Below, in pieces: positions 17,462 to 27,564 of a stretch of 41,634 nucleotides of DNA. Below the pieces are notes generated by a model. It saw only the letters and a program-made list of their open reading frames with translations. It was not told the origin of the DNA and made no database searches. The translations under genes were made by a program, and so were the position numbers. The first letter of the stretch is position 1. Each line of letters opens with the position of its first letter. This DNA is from a candidate division FCPU426 bacterium (GTDB lineage: Bacteria > Oederibacteriota > JAAXVQ01 > JAUVAV01): positions 1-41,634 of the forward strand of contig DAOWGI010000063.1 of NCBI GenBank assembly GCA_030637655.1, in the 5' to 3' direction.

Positions 17462-18657
17462 TGGCTGCGCGGTTGGAAGTCTCGATACTTCCTGAAGTAA
17501 GAAAACTATTTCCGTACATGCGCCAATGGCGCCGTTACATCCATCAGAATCCGGAATTGGGTTTTCAGGAAAAAAAGACCAGTGGCTTGGCGGCTAAAGT
17601 ACTCCGGCAGGCAGGGTGGCAGGTATTCACTGGTATAGCCCGGACCGGGGTAGTTGGCGTATTGCGCGGTTCGCGGCCGGGACCGACCTTTGCTATTCGC
17701 GCAGACATGGATGCTTTGCCGATTATGGAAAAAAACCGGTGTGTATATGCCTCGCAGGTGCCGCAGGTGATGCATGCCTGTGGGCATGATGGCAATACTG
17801 CCATGGCATTGGGCGCGGCAGTGCTGTTGGCACGCTATCGCACAGAGTGGCGCGGCAACGTGAAAATCATCTTTCAGCCCTGCGAAGAAGTGCCGCCCGG
17901 CGGCGCCCAAGCCATGATTCGAGCCGGGGTTTTGAAATCGCCGGAAGTTGCGGCCATAATAGCGGCGCATGTAGACACTAGTCTGCCGGTAGGTAGTATT
18001 GGCATCAAGTCAGGTTTGATCATGGCTGCTGCTGACGCGTTTACCCTTATCATTCGAGGCAAAGGCGGGCATGGCGCCATGCCGCATAAGAGTGTGGATG
18101 CGATCAGTATTGCCGGCCAGGTCATTACCAATGTACAGCACGTGATCGCCAGAGAACTGGATCCCTTGGAACCTGCGGTTATTAGCTTTGGCACCATTGC
18201 CGGCGGGGCTGCCTACAATGTTATTGCCGATCAGGTGAAACTACAAGGTACAATACGGACCTTGAGTGATCAGCAACGAAAAAAAATACCGCGCCAAATC
18301 GAGCGGCTGGCACATGGGATTGCCTATGCGCATCGGGCCAAAGCTGCCTTTACTTTGGAGCTTGGTCATCCGGCTTTGAGCAATGATGAGCAGATAACAG
18401 ATCAGGTTCGACACGCCGGAAACCAGGTGCTGGGAAAAACTCGGGTCAAAATATTGGCGCGTCCGGTAATGTCCGGAGAAGATTTTACGTATTTTGCCAG
18501 AGCTGTACCTGCCTGCTTTTTTAGGGTTGGTGTAGGTACCAAAGATCCCCGATACAGTTATCCCTGGCATCATCCGCGTTTTGATTTTGCTGAACAGGGA
18601 CTTGTTTCCGGAGCAGCTGTTTTAGTACAAACCGCGAGGGAGTATTTGCGCGCATGA
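17461..18657 (+). CDS. M20D family amidohydrolase
   Basis: RRYIHQNPELGFQE, RADMDALP, MHACGHD, FQPCEE, GKGGHGAMPH, EDF, HHPRF. Confidence 0.93.
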   Translation: MAARLEVSILPEVRKLFPYMRQWRRYIHQNPELGFQEKKTSGLAAKVLRQAGWQVFTGIARTGVVGVLRGSRPGPTFAIRADMDALPIMEKNRCVYASQVPQVMHACGHDGNTAMALGAAVLLARYRTEWRGNVKIIFQPCEEVPPGGAQAMIRAGVLKSPEVAAIIAAHVDTSLPVGSIGIKSGLIMAAADAFTLIIRGKGGHGAMPHKSVDAISIAGQVITNVQHVIARELDPLEPAVISFGTIAGGAAYNVIADQVKLQGTIRTLSDQQRKKIPRQIERLAHGIAYAHRAKAAFTLELGHPALSNDEQITDQVRHAGNQVLGKTRVKILARPVMSGEDFTYFARAVPACFFRVGVGTKDPRYSYPWHHPRFDFAEQGLVSGAAVLVQTAREYLRA

Positions 18658-19016
18658 AAAAATTATTTGTATGGTTATGCTTTTTCGGGGTAAGCCTGGG
18701 CTGCGGTTGTGCCGGCACTCAGGCGCGGCCCGATGCTTTGCAGATTACGATTACACCGGAGCAGATATATCCAGGATGCGTGGTATCTGTTCAGGTCATA
18801 GCTCCGGCTGGTACCCGTGAGGTTACGGGTCGTTTGGATCTGCTGGGTTCGCCGGTGATTTCGTTAAAGACCAAAGATTCAGGAAAAACCTGGATTTTTA
18901 TTACGCAAATTCCCCTGGCTGCCGTATGGCAGCCGGGAAAACACAGAGTTCAGGTGCAGGGCATAGCCCGGGATGGCTCGGAATTGCGGGGCGAGACCTG
19001 GATAATTGCGCCTTGA
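18654..19016 (+). CDS. Hypothetical exported (lipo)protein, beta-rich
   Basis: ATGA overlap with the preceding gene; signal peptide with Cys residues. Confidence 0.7.
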   Translation: MKKLFVWLCFFGVSLGCGCAGTQARPDALQITITPEQIYPGCVVSVQVIAPAGTREVTGRLDLLGSPVISLKTKDSGKTWIFITQIPLAAVWQPGKHRVQVQGIARDGSELRGETWIIAP

Positions 19017-19106
19017 TGATTTTTTTTACTTGCCCAAGTGAGGTTGGACATATAAAAAGGAAGCTTAACAACATGTTTTTTCCGGCAAACCGGCTCCAGG
19101 CTGAAC

Positions 19107-20066
19107 ATGGAAATACAGGAGGATAAGACAGTGGTAAAAAAAGCAGCGAAAAAAAGTGTGAAAGCAACCGGGCGTTCAGTTCCGGCCAAAACAAAAAAGA
19201 GTGATCCGGCAACAAAAAAAGTAGCAGCCAAAGCTGCGGAAACAACCAAGATCAGCCCGAGTGTCTCTCAAGAACCAACGCCTGGGCCGGAAAAAAAATC
19301 CGGCGCGAAACAGGTTCCCCAGGTTACCTTACAAGCATCGCGGCGCTTTTGGTTAATGTTTTTGGGCAGCGCCTTAGTGATCTTGGCGTTGGTACAAGGA
19401 TATGGCTACTTTACTGGTTGGGGAAATCCACAAAAAGTAATCCAACGCCAATTCAATACAGCGCAACGGTTAACTCTGGCCAAACGCTACAAAGCAGCGA
19501 TCCGGCAATACAATCGTATTATCAAAACGGCCACGGATGAGGAAGTTAAACGGCAAGCATCTATTGCTTTGGCTGATTTGTACGGCGAACAGAAAGATTG
19601 GCTCAAAGCTATTGCATTGTATAAAAAACTGCAAACCAAAGATACCGGGACCGTGATGGCTGCCTGGACCGGCTTGAAGATTGCCGAAGCGCAGCATGAA
19701 TCCGGAAGTTCGGAGGAAGCTCTGCAAACATATGCGGATATTCGCTCTAAATATCCGAAAAGCGATTGGGATGCGGAAGCCCGTTTGGGTATTGGCAAAG
19801 TCTTGATGGATCAGAAAAAATATCAAAAGGCCATTGCCGTGTACCGAACTTTGGAAAACGAATATCAGGGAGGATTTCTGGCAGCGGAAGCCTTGGTGCG
19901 TATTGGAGAATGCTATAAAAAACTGGGCAATACCGAAGTGGCGCGTAAAACCTTCCGGATGATTCTGGATACATACCCTACAACCATGACCGATGAAGCC
20001 AAAAAGCAGCTTTACGAATTAAATGGCACCAAGAAACCCGAAGGGGTTCGGTTGTGGGGCGAGTAA
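19107..20066 (+). CDS. Membrane-anchored TPR protein with Lys/Ala-rich N-terminus
   Basis: One TM helix followed by TPR-like helices (AEARLGIG, AAEALVRIGECY, ILDTYP). Confidence 0.8.
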   Translation: MEIQEDKTVVKKAAKKSVKATGRSVPAKTKKSDPATKKVAAKAAETTKISPSVSQEPTPGPEKKSGAKQVPQVTLQASRRFWLMFLGSALVILALVQGYGYFTGWGNPQKVIQRQFNTAQRLTLAKRYKAAIRQYNRIIKTATDEEVKRQASIALADLYGEQKDWLKAIALYKKLQTKDTGTVMAAWTGLKIAEAQHESGSSEEALQTYADIRSKYPKSDWDAEARLGIGKVLMDQKKYQKAIAVYRTLENEYQGGFLAAEALVRIGECYKKLGNTEVARKTFRMILDTYPTTMTDEAKKQLYELNGTKKPEGVRLWGE

Positions 20067-21091
20067 GGCAGGCACGAAAAACAACTGCCCGTCGATCCGG
20101 AGATTGGCAAGAATTTCAGCTTATTGACTGGATTCGGCAATGCACACAAAACCAAGCGATTCGCCGGGAAATCCACATTGGGGATGATGCTTCCTCTTAT
20201 CGCGCTTCCGGCACGATGAATGAGTTGGTCACCTGTGATGCTATGATAGAGGATGTGCATTGGTCTTGGGACTGGTGTGATCCGCGATCCCTGGGATATA
20301 AAATAGTTGCCGTCAATCTCTCGGATATTGCCGCTATGGGAGGGATTCCCAAACGGGCCCATTTGGTCTTGGCCCTTCCTTGGCAGCAAAAAAAAGCCGT
20401 AGTACAACCGATGTTACGAAGTCTGATAAAAACCTTGAACCGGCATCAAGTTGTCCTGGCTGGTGGTGATACAGTGTTCTCGTCCGGGCCGATGATGATT
20501 ACCCTAACCTTGCAGGGAGAAGTTGCTCCCCAGGAGATGCTTTTACGCTCCCAAGCAAAGGAGGGTGATTTGTTATTTGTAACAGGTGATCTTGGCGCGG
20601 CGGCAGCGGGATTGGATCTGCTCAAGCAGTATAAAAAAGTCCCGTCTCACTATACTGTTCTGACTAAAAAATTATTAGCGCCTATACCACGAGTTGAGGC
20701 CGGTCGTCTTTTGGCGCACTCCGGAAAAGTGCACGCTATGCTGGATCTTTCGGATGGATTGGCCGGTGATGTTCGGCATTTGGCCAAAGCCAGTCAGGTT
20801 GGAATTCGTTTGTATACTGAGTACATACCAATTGCCTTAGCAACACGAGTGGCAGCGCGACACTTGAAGAAAGATCCGTTATTCTACGCGCTCTGTGGTG
20901 GCGAAGATTATGAATTGCTTTTTACCGCCTCGCCCAAGTATACTTCGGAAATATTCCGGTTAGTACAGGACAAAGCCAAACTTTCCTGCCATATCATCGG
21001 CCAAGTAGTTAACAAGCGCCAAGGTATTTATCAAATTTTGCCAAATGGAAGCAGAGCTCCTTTACCTGCGGGTTGGCAACATCCGGCCTGA
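20054..21091 (+). CDS. thiL: Thiamine-monophosphate kinase
   Basis: EFQLI, IGDDA, VNLSDIAAMGG, GGDT, DLSDGL, GGEDYELLFT. Confidence 0.95.
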   Translation: MGRVRQARKTTARRSGDWQEFQLIDWIRQCTQNQAIRREIHIGDDASSYRASGTMNELVTCDAMIEDVHWSWDWCDPRSLGYKIVAVNLSDIAAMGGIPKRAHLVLALPWQQKKAVVQPMLRSLIKTLNRHQVVLAGGDTVFSSGPMMITLTLQGEVAPQEMLLRSQAKEGDLLFVTGDLGAAAAGLDLLKQYKKVPSHYTVLTKKLLAPIPRVEAGRLLAHSGKVHAMLDLSDGLAGDVRHLAKASQVGIRLYTEYIPIALATRVAARHLKKDPLFYALCGGEDYELLFTASPKYTSEIFRLVQDKAKLSCHIIGQVVNKRQGIYQILPNGSRAPLPAGWQHPA

Positions 21092-21268
21092 CCGGATTAA
21101 AAAAGATACGAATTGCGCAAACTATTGATCCTTCCGACGAGAGGCCTGGCGGGAGCAATTCCCGGAATATCAGGCATTAATCCAATTACTGACCAGGGCT
21201 AAATAACCGATACTTCCATGGTGGCCGTGTCCCCTTAAGTTTAGAGGCCGGGGTCTTGCCACAACAGT

Positions 21269-21286
21269 TTTTACATTTTTATGACA
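21269..21286 (+). promoter_or_regulatory. Putative OmpR-type direct-repeat binding site
   Basis: TTTTACATTTTTATGACA, 16/18 identical to 24183..24200. Confidence 0.45.
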
Positions 21287-21381
21287 CCTGGCACGCTTTT
21301 ATCAGCATATAATAGTATTGAAGCGCTTTTAGATTTGACATTGTTTTTTTAAAAGATTTGCGCTCAAATTGCGAGGCTCTT

Positions 21382-23409
21382 ATGTCGACATATAAATCGT
21401 CTCGGATAATTTTATTTGCGATATTTTTACCGGTCATACTCGCCGGCGGCTATGGCGCCCATCATTACTATGCCTATCTTTGTAAATCAGCCCGTTTGAA
21501 TTTTTCCGAAGCTCAAAAGCAAACGGTCATTAAAATACGGACGCGGGTTAAAGCCCAATGGCAACACAGCCTGGAGCAGCTTATGCGCCATGCTCAACGC
21601 ATGGTTACGGGTTCCCCTGATCAGATCTCTAAATCATTGCAGGTTATCGTGGATTCTCAAAGCGAAATACGCCATGCTTTTTTCGTCGATCGGGAAGTCA
21701 TATATCTTCCGCAGTGGAAGAAATTCAGGATCACCAAATCCTCCGAAGATTTAAGCCTGCCGATTTTTGAAAACGCGGATTTCAAACAGGCGGAACTACT
21801 TGAGTTCCAATACCAGGATTTTACCGAAGCAATCAGAATCTACGAGCGCTTTTGGCTGGAAAACCCCAACAATTTCAGGGCAGCCAATGCTCTGGCACGT
21901 TGTTTAATGAAGGCCGAACAGTTTAAGCGCGCGGAAAAGATCTACCTTCAAATCTTCAAGCAAAATCCCGCTTGGCAGGTCCAGGGCGATATCCCTTTGG
22001 CCATTATGGCCGCTTTTCAGCTTCTGGCGATTTACCACAGCCAGGCTCGCCACCGTGACGTCCAGGCGTTCTCCCTGCAGCTTTATCATCATCTCTTGGA
22101 TGAAAGATGGGAACTGACTAAAACTAAAACCTTTTTTTTTCAGAATAAACTAAAAACCAACCTGGCCCCTTATTTGTCAGAACCGGCTTTTTCACGAAAA
22201 TACGAAAAGCTTATGCAGCGTGAGCGACGTATGGAAAAAAACAAAAATTATGTTCGTTTTATCTCCCGACGGATTATCCCCTTTATTGAGAGTCGTCCTA
22301 TTTTAGGATACCGCGTGTACTTTCTCGCCTCACCCGGCCGGCACCCGACTTTTCTCTTGATTATTCCCCATCGCCACGGCCATATTGTTCTTGATATTGA
22401 ATATAGGAGATTTGTCCGCCGAAACTTATTCAAGCTGGTAGCAACCCTGGGGCAGGACCATGATCTGGGCATGACTCTGCGTTTTGCCGACCGGACGGAA
22501 TGCTTGGTGACCTCGGCGACCGGCAACGTGCAGACCTTTCTGATATCTCCCGAAAATTTTCCAGACCTGGCTTTAGACCTGCTGATTCCAGATTCGGCCG
22601 GACTGGTCGTAGAAAACCGACTTGCCCGGTGGAAACTCTATTTTATTGGCTGGTACGGCCTGTTTGTTTTATTGCTCGTGATCGTTTTTTTTATATTGAT
22701 TAAACAGATCCAATTTGCCGAGCTTAAAGCTGATTTTGTCTCGCATGTATCGCACGAGTTAAAAACTCCCCTTACATCCCTGCGAATGCTCTCCGAAATC
22801 CTCGCCACTCAATCCCGGTTGCCGGCAAAAAAGCGGCAACAATACTACGGTGTTATGAACAAAGAATCCATTCGCCTCTCCCGCTTGATCGAAAACCTGA
22901 TGGATATTTCACGCATCGAGAAAAAAAAGGAACAATATTACTTTCAAAACGAGAATTTGGATACCGTGCTGCACATTGCGCTCGAGTTATTTTCCAACGC
23001 TTTTCCCATTTACCAGCGCCGGCTCAAGATTTCCCTCCAAAGCAACCGCCGGGTGTGGCTGGACAAGGACGCTATTATTCAAATGATGCTCAACCTGCTG
23101 GACAACGCCCGTAAATTTTCCCCTCCGCAAAGCGTGATTGAGGTGCGCAGCCGGAGTCATGACAACCAGGTGATTATTGAAATCATTGATCAGGGCGGGG
23201 GTATGACAGGTTCCCAGATTCGCAAGGTGTTCAACAAATTTTATCAAGTGAAAAAAACCTACGAGGAAAAATTTAAAGGCGTGGGACTGGGATTGGCCAT
23301 TGTTCGTAATATTGTTTCCGCGCACCGGGCCAAGATAACCATTGCCAGCGCATTGGGGCAGGGGACCACAGTGACGGTAAGCATGCCGGCAAGCACGTCC
23401 GGGAAATAA
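21382..23409 (+). CDS. Sensor histidine kinase with TPR-containing extracytoplasmic domain
   Basis: Two TM segments; H-box FVSHVSHELKTPLT; NLLDNARKF; DQGGGM; GVGLGLAIV. Confidence 0.92.
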   Translation: MSTYKSSRIILFAIFLPVILAGGYGAHHYYAYLCKSARLNFSEAQKQTVIKIRTRVKAQWQHSLEQLMRHAQRMVTGSPDQISKSLQVIVDSQSEIRHAFFVDREVIYLPQWKKFRITKSSEDLSLPIFENADFKQAELLEFQYQDFTEAIRIYERFWLENPNNFRAANALARCLMKAEQFKRAEKIYLQIFKQNPAWQVQGDIPLAIMAAFQLLAIYHSQARHRDVQAFSLQLYHHLLDERWELTKTKTFFFQNKLKTNLAPYLSEPAFSRKYEKLMQRERRMEKNKNYVRFISRRIIPFIESRPILGYRVYFLASPGRHPTFLLIIPHRHGHIVLDIEYRRFVRRNLFKLVATLGQDHDLGMTLRFADRTECLVTSATGNVQTFLISPENFPDLALDLLIPDSAGLVVENRLARWKLYFIGWYGLFVLLLVIVFFILIKQIQFAELKADFVSHVSHELKTPLTSLRMLSEILATQSRLPAKKRQQYYGVMNKESIRLSRLIENLMDISRIEKKKEQYYFQNENLDTVLHIALELFSNAFPIYQRRLKISLQSNRRVWLDKDAIIQMMLNLLDNARKFSPPQSVIEVRSRSHDNQVIIEIIDQGGGMTGSQIRKVFNKFYQVKKTYEEKFKGVGLGLAIVRNIVSAHRAKITIASALGQGTTVTVSMPASTSGK

Positions 23410-23472
23410 TTCCGCAACCGGCGGGTTCGGACGGCTGTAGTAGAGTGAATATTGTTTACGAAGGAGGAGCAG

Positions 23473-24159
23473 ATGCCAACCATTTTAATTATTGAAGATG
23501 AATCTTCCATCTTGTTGGGACTGGAGGATGCGATGGTCCAGGACGGGTATGAGGTGCTCACGGCTCGCAACGGCGAGCAGGGATTGAAATTCGCTTTGCA
23601 GGAAAAGGTCGATTTAATTATACTCGATATCATGCTTCCGCGGCTCAATGGGTTTGAGGTGCTCAGGCAAATCCGGCAAAAGGATAAACGGCTACCGGTC
23701 ATTCTTCTCACAGCTAAGGGGCAGGAAAAGGACAAGATTAGCGGTTTCAATCTGGGCGCGGATGATTACGTAACCAAACCCTTCAGCATCAATGAGTTGC
23801 TGGTGCGCATCAAAGCCCTTTTCAAGCGGGCGCAGCCCTCTTCTAATGGTATCGAGACGTATACTTTGAACAATATCTCCTTTGACTTCAAAGCTATGAA
23901 AGCCAAACACAGGGGCAAGGAGGTCTTTTTTTCAGTGCGGGAACTGGAATTGTTGCGCTTCCTCATCGGATACTCAAACGAGGTGGTTTCCCGTGCGCAA
24001 ATCCTGGAAAAAATATGGTGCTATGATGTAGAGAACTCCCCCAGCACGCGGACCATCGACAACTATATAGTCAAACTAAGACAAAAAATCGAACCCAACC
24101 CGGAAAAGCCCCGGCATATCTTGACAGTGCACCGGAAGGGATATCGTTTTGAACCTTAA
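23473..24159 (+). CDS. OmpR/PhoB-family response regulator
   Basis: IIEDE, LDIMLP, GADDYVTKPF, winged helix RTIDNYIVKLRQKIE...GYRF; AAGGAGG SD. Confidence 0.95.
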   Translation: MPTILIIEDESSILLGLEDAMVQDGYEVLTARNGEQGLKFALQEKVDLIILDIMLPRLNGFEVLRQIRQKDKRLPVILLTAKGQEKDKISGFNLGADDYVTKPFSINELLVRIKALFKRAQPSSNGIETYTLNNISFDFKAMKAKHRGKEVFFSVRELELLRFLIGYSNEVVSRAQILEKIWCYDVENSPSTRTIDNYIVKLRQKIEPNPEKPRHILTVHRKGYRFEP

Positions 24160-24182
24160 AAGTTCTGGTCATGGAAATCGAA

Positions 24183-24200
24183 TTTTACAATTTCATGACA
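24183..24200 (+). promoter_or_regulatory. Putative OmpR-type direct-repeat binding site
   Basis: TTTTACAATTTCATGACA with 11-nt spaced half-sites; matches 21269..21286. Confidence 0.45.
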
Positions 24201-24216
24201 TTTTTTTTACGAGGAT

Positions 24217-25122
24217 ATGGAAACCATGAGCGCTATTTATGCTATAAAAAAAGTACCGGCGAATTGGACAAAAAACAATTTCTTTTTAGGAGTGTGTTTC
24301 ATGGCACTTTTGCTTCCCCGTCTCGGCGCCGGCATGGAAGAAAATCGAAACGCGGCGCTCCAGCTTTATCAAGAAGGTCTTTTTCAGGAAACCGGAACAG
24401 GTGATCTTAAAATGGCGATTAAGATTTATACCACCCTTATTGAAAAATACAAGAAATATCAAGATGTAACGGCCGTGGCCTTGTATCATCTCGGCCTGGC
24501 GCACGAAAAACTAGGCGATTATCCGGCAGCTAAAAAACACTTCAAGGCTATCACGCGTAATTATCGACAACAGGTAAACCTTGTTCGGCAAGCTAAAATT
24601 AAATTACGGCAACTGGCTAAAAACCCTCCGAAGAAAAAAAAGTCAAAAAAACAATTGGAGTTACTAATCCCGGATACTTCCCGGCAACAGACTTCGGTCC
24701 GGTCTGTAAAATCTTCACCACCCGCTGCTTCCGCGCTTCAGACCGCTACCTGGGGAATCGGTTTAAATTATTTAGGCGGACACGTCCGCTGCCGCACACC
24801 GGACCATATTCAGATCGAGATCAAAGCTCAATCCCGCGGGGAAGATATTCTCCTTGGAGTTCGCGGCGCTTTTGTTTCTCCTCCGCTTACCCGGACCATG
24901 CCGCTGGTTTGGTATATCGGGATGGAATACGACTACGTGATCAATGAAACGGTTGATTCTAAATATATTACGGGAGGCTATATTGGCGGTGAAATCAGCC
25001 TGACTAAACATTTGGGTTGGGGAGGAGATATCGGCTATTATTACCTCAATGCCCAAACAGACTCCCGGAGAATTATTGTCGTGGAAACGGCCGCGAATAT
25101 TTATTTGACATGGTATTTTTAA
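24217..25122 (+). CDS. Exported TPR protein with C-terminal small beta-barrel
   Basis: Hydrophobic leader; TPR ALYHLGLAHEKLG; alternating beta strands ending in YLTWYF. The start may be 24226. Confidence 0.75.
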   Translation: METMSAIYAIKKVPANWTKNNFFLGVCFMALLLPRLGAGMEENRNAALQLYQEGLFQETGTGDLKMAIKIYTTLIEKYKKYQDVTAVALYHLGLAHEKLGDYPAAKKHFKAITRNYRQQVNLVRQAKIKLRQLAKNPPKKKKSKKQLELLIPDTSRQQTSVRSVKSSPPAASALQTATWGIGLNYLGGHVRCRTPDHIQIEIKAQSRGEDILLGVRGAFVSPPLTRTMPLVWYIGMEYDYVINETVDSKYITGGYIGGEISLTKHLGWGGDIGYYYLNAQTDSRRIIVVETAANIYLTWYF

Positions 25123-25143
25123 TCCTAGAGAGGGGTGGGTTAA

Positions 25144-25866
25144 ATGAGAAATAAATCTATTTTTTCAACCTCGCGTATTATTAATATATTTATATTAATA
25201 ATGATGAGCGTTCTTTCAGTTATGGTTTTTTTTAACACAGCCGCGGCTGCTGATCCTACTGCTACTTTATCGCCTACGGTTACCTGTACAGCCACGTCGT
25301 CCGGCACCACGCCTACGGCCACGTCTACGTTCACGGCCACGCCTAAGGTCACACCTACGGTCACGCCCACGTTCACAATTTCGGGTACCTATACGACCAC
25401 GCCGTCCAGCACCTCATCACCTACCAGCACCCTGACTCCCTACACTCCCTACACGCCCGACATCACCTCGTCACTAACCTGTACTGTGACTCCCTACGGC
25501 ACTACGCCTACTGCCACCGTGATTGTGCCCATCACTTCTCCAACCACCACGACAACAGCGGTCATTATGTTTCCAATTAATGATGTCAAGGCAAGCAATA
25601 ACATCCTGAATCCCATGAAAAGCAGTCAACCGGCATTCATTTCTTTTAATCAGGAAACCACCGGACGAATTAGCGTAAAAATTTACACCACTCGCGGCAA
25701 GTTAGTACGGACCCTGGTTGACAATGAAGAGTACCAGCCCGGCCCGCATACAATGGAATGGTATGGAAAGGTGCAATCCGGAGAGGTGGTTCCTTCCGGA
25801 ATCTACGTTGTGCATATCCAGGCTCCGGGTATTAGCCGTTATGTGAGAATCGCGGTGATCAAATGA
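25144..25866 (+). CDS. Secreted Thr/Pro/Ser-rich protein with FlgD-Ig-like C-terminal domain
   Basis: Signal peptide, long T/P/S tract, NILNP...VKIYTTRGKLVRTL...WYGK...VPSGIYVV...IAVIK. Confidence 0.85.
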   Translation: MRNKSIFSTSRIINIFILIMMSVLSVMVFFNTAAAADPTATLSPTVTCTATSSGTTPTATSTFTATPKVTPTVTPTFTISGTYTTTPSSTSSPTSTLTPYTPYTPDITSSLTCTVTPYGTTPTATVIVPITSPTTTTTAVIMFPINDVKASNNILNPMKSSQPAFISFNQETTGRISVKIYTTRGKLVRTLVDNEEYQPGPHTMEWYGKVQSGEVVPSGIYVVHIQAPGISRYVRIAVIK

Positions 25867-25918
25867 ACAAAAGCGGGTTCTATGGACTTAAATCCATGGA
25901 TTCCAGGAGGGATGTGAC

Positions 25919-26854
25919 ATGTTTATTAAAACTCTGACCCTGTTGCTCACGAGCCTATTGCTGTGCGGGCCACTGTATGCCCAAGTCCTCAGTGGTGGAG
26001 AGACACTCAAGGCGGCTATCGGCGCCCGCCAGGCCGGCATGGGTGAAATGTTTACAGCTTTGTCCGGAGATATCCATTGCCAATATTACAATCCGGCGGG
26101 TTTGGCCGACCTGGCGTCACCGGTCATTACCAGTATGTATACCTCCAATATTTTCGAGAATCAGGAGGCACTGATCGCAGGCGGTTTGCCGGTCTCCTGG
26201 GCCGGTCCCGGTGCCCTGGCTTTTAGTCTGGTCAATGCTCTGGGTGCGAAAATGGAAATCAATCACCTTGACGGCACCAGTGAAAATTTAATTTCCCAGA
26301 ACGATTACCTTGCCACTCTGGGATATGCCCAACAGTTCTTTCCTGGATTTTATGTTGGCGCGAATATCAAAGTGCTGTCTTCCACCTTGGTGGAGCAATA
26401 CACGGCAACCGCGGTGGGAGTGGATCTGGGCATTTTAATGCACGACGCGGTCCTGTCGGGTATGAATATCGGAGCTGCGCTCCAGCATGTGGGTTCGGAA
26501 ATTAAGTATGACAATGAAGGGGATGCCATGCCCACAACTTTACGAATGGGTATTGCCTATCAGCGTGTGTTTCAGCAGGAACACGGCTTGCGGGCGGGCG
26601 TGGATTTGCTTTTTCCCAATGACAGCGACGCCCTCCAGCATATCGGGGTGGAATATGCCTGGCAAAGCACTCTGTTTTTAAGGGCGGGATACAAACTGGG
26701 GTATGATCTTGATACCTTTACCGTTGGGGGAGGTGTGAATTATCAGGGTATCCGGTTTGATTACGCCTTTTCCGGTTTCACGGCCGGCGGAAACGCCCAT
26801 CGCATTGGCCTGGGGTATTCGTTTGGGATTGATTCTTCGGGTGCCTCCGAGTAA
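25919..26854 (+). CDS. PorV/PorQ-like (UPF0164) outer-membrane protein
   Basis: GARQAGMGE, YYNPAGL, LRAGY, FDYAF...HRIGLGYSF; paralogous to the N-terminus of 13252..15024; AGGAGG SD. Confidence 0.85.
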   Translation: MFIKTLTLLLTSLLLCGPLYAQVLSGGETLKAAIGARQAGMGEMFTALSGDIHCQYYNPAGLADLASPVITSMYTSNIFENQEALIAGGLPVSWAGPGALAFSLVNALGAKMEINHLDGTSENLISQNDYLATLGYAQQFFPGFYVGANIKVLSSTLVEQYTATAVGVDLGILMHDAVLSGMNIGAALQHVGSEIKYDNEGDAMPTTLRMGIAYQRVFQQEHGLRAGVDLLFPNDSDALQHIGVEYAWQSTLFLRAGYKLGYDLDTFTVGGGVNYQGIRFDYAFSGFTAGGNAHRIGLGYSFGIDSSGASE

Positions 26855-26903
26855 TAGACGCGAACGGGTCAAGCCGGCCTGGGAAAATTTCTGTCGTGTT
26901 ATT

Positions 26904-26985
26904 CAGCCCCGACCGGAAAAGATATATAGGGACGCCTTACGGCAGCCCCGACCGGAAAAGATATATAGGGACGCCTTACGGCAGC
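26904..26985 (+). repeat. 39-nt dispersed repeat, two perfect tandem copies
   Basis: Units at 26904 and 26943, identical to 13020..13058. Confidence 0.95.
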
Positions 26986-27120
26986 GTTTTTAATCGGACA
27001 TAGAAGACATATCCCCGGACCAACCGCGATTTTTCCCCGTTGCTTTGCTCATTATCTTAAGGCATAATACACGTGCTTGACGACACTTGAAACGTGATTG
27101 AGGAGTTGGATGAATTTTAT

Positions 27121-27564
27121 ATGAAGCAGCAACGCATTATGACAACCAGCAGCGCGCAGGAGACCGAGATCTTGGGAGAAAACCTGGCGCATGATTTTGA
27201 GCCCGGTGACGTGATAGCTTTGTACGGTGATTTGGGAGCCGGTAAAACCTGTTGGGTGCGAGGTGTAGCCAAAGCCTTGGCTGCTCGGGAAGCTGTCACC
27301 AGTCCGACCTTTACGTTGATAAATGAATATCATGGAAAAATACCGGTTTATCATTTTGATCTGTACCGTTTGCAATCCACACGCGAGTTGGAAGACATTG
27401 GTTATGAAGAATATTTCTATGGTGAAGGGATCAGTATTCTGGAGTGGGCTGAAAAAGCCGAATGCCTGCTGCCTAAATACCATTGGAAAATATATTTTGA
27501 TATCAGAGCAGATGAGGAACGCCAAATTATTATTTGTCCTCCCGGTCAAAAGGAACGAGTATGA
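27121..27564 (+). CDS. tsaE: tRNA threonylcarbamoyladenosine biosynthesis ATPase
   Basis: GDLGAGKT, VTSPTFTL, YHFDLYRL, EWAE. Start uncertain (27094, 27121 or 27139). Confidence 0.95.
   Translation: MKQQRIMTTSSAQETEILGENLAHDFEPGDVIALYGDLGAGKTCWVRGVAKALAAREAVTSPTFTLINEYHGKIPVYHFDLYRLQSTRELEDIGYEEYFYGEGISILEWAEKAECLLPKYHWKIYFDIRADEERQIIICPPGQKERV

Noticed and set aside
21092-21260. Possible riboswitch or ncRNA after thiL
   Set aside because: No TPP or other recognisable consensus; an Rfam/Infernal scan would be needed.
26904-26985. 39-nt repeats as a mini-CRISPR
   Set aside because: Head-to-tail units with no spacers.
26757-26993. 78-aa ORF containing QPRPEKIYRDALR twice
   Set aside because: Overlaps the PorV-like gene and merely translates the 39-nt repeat.
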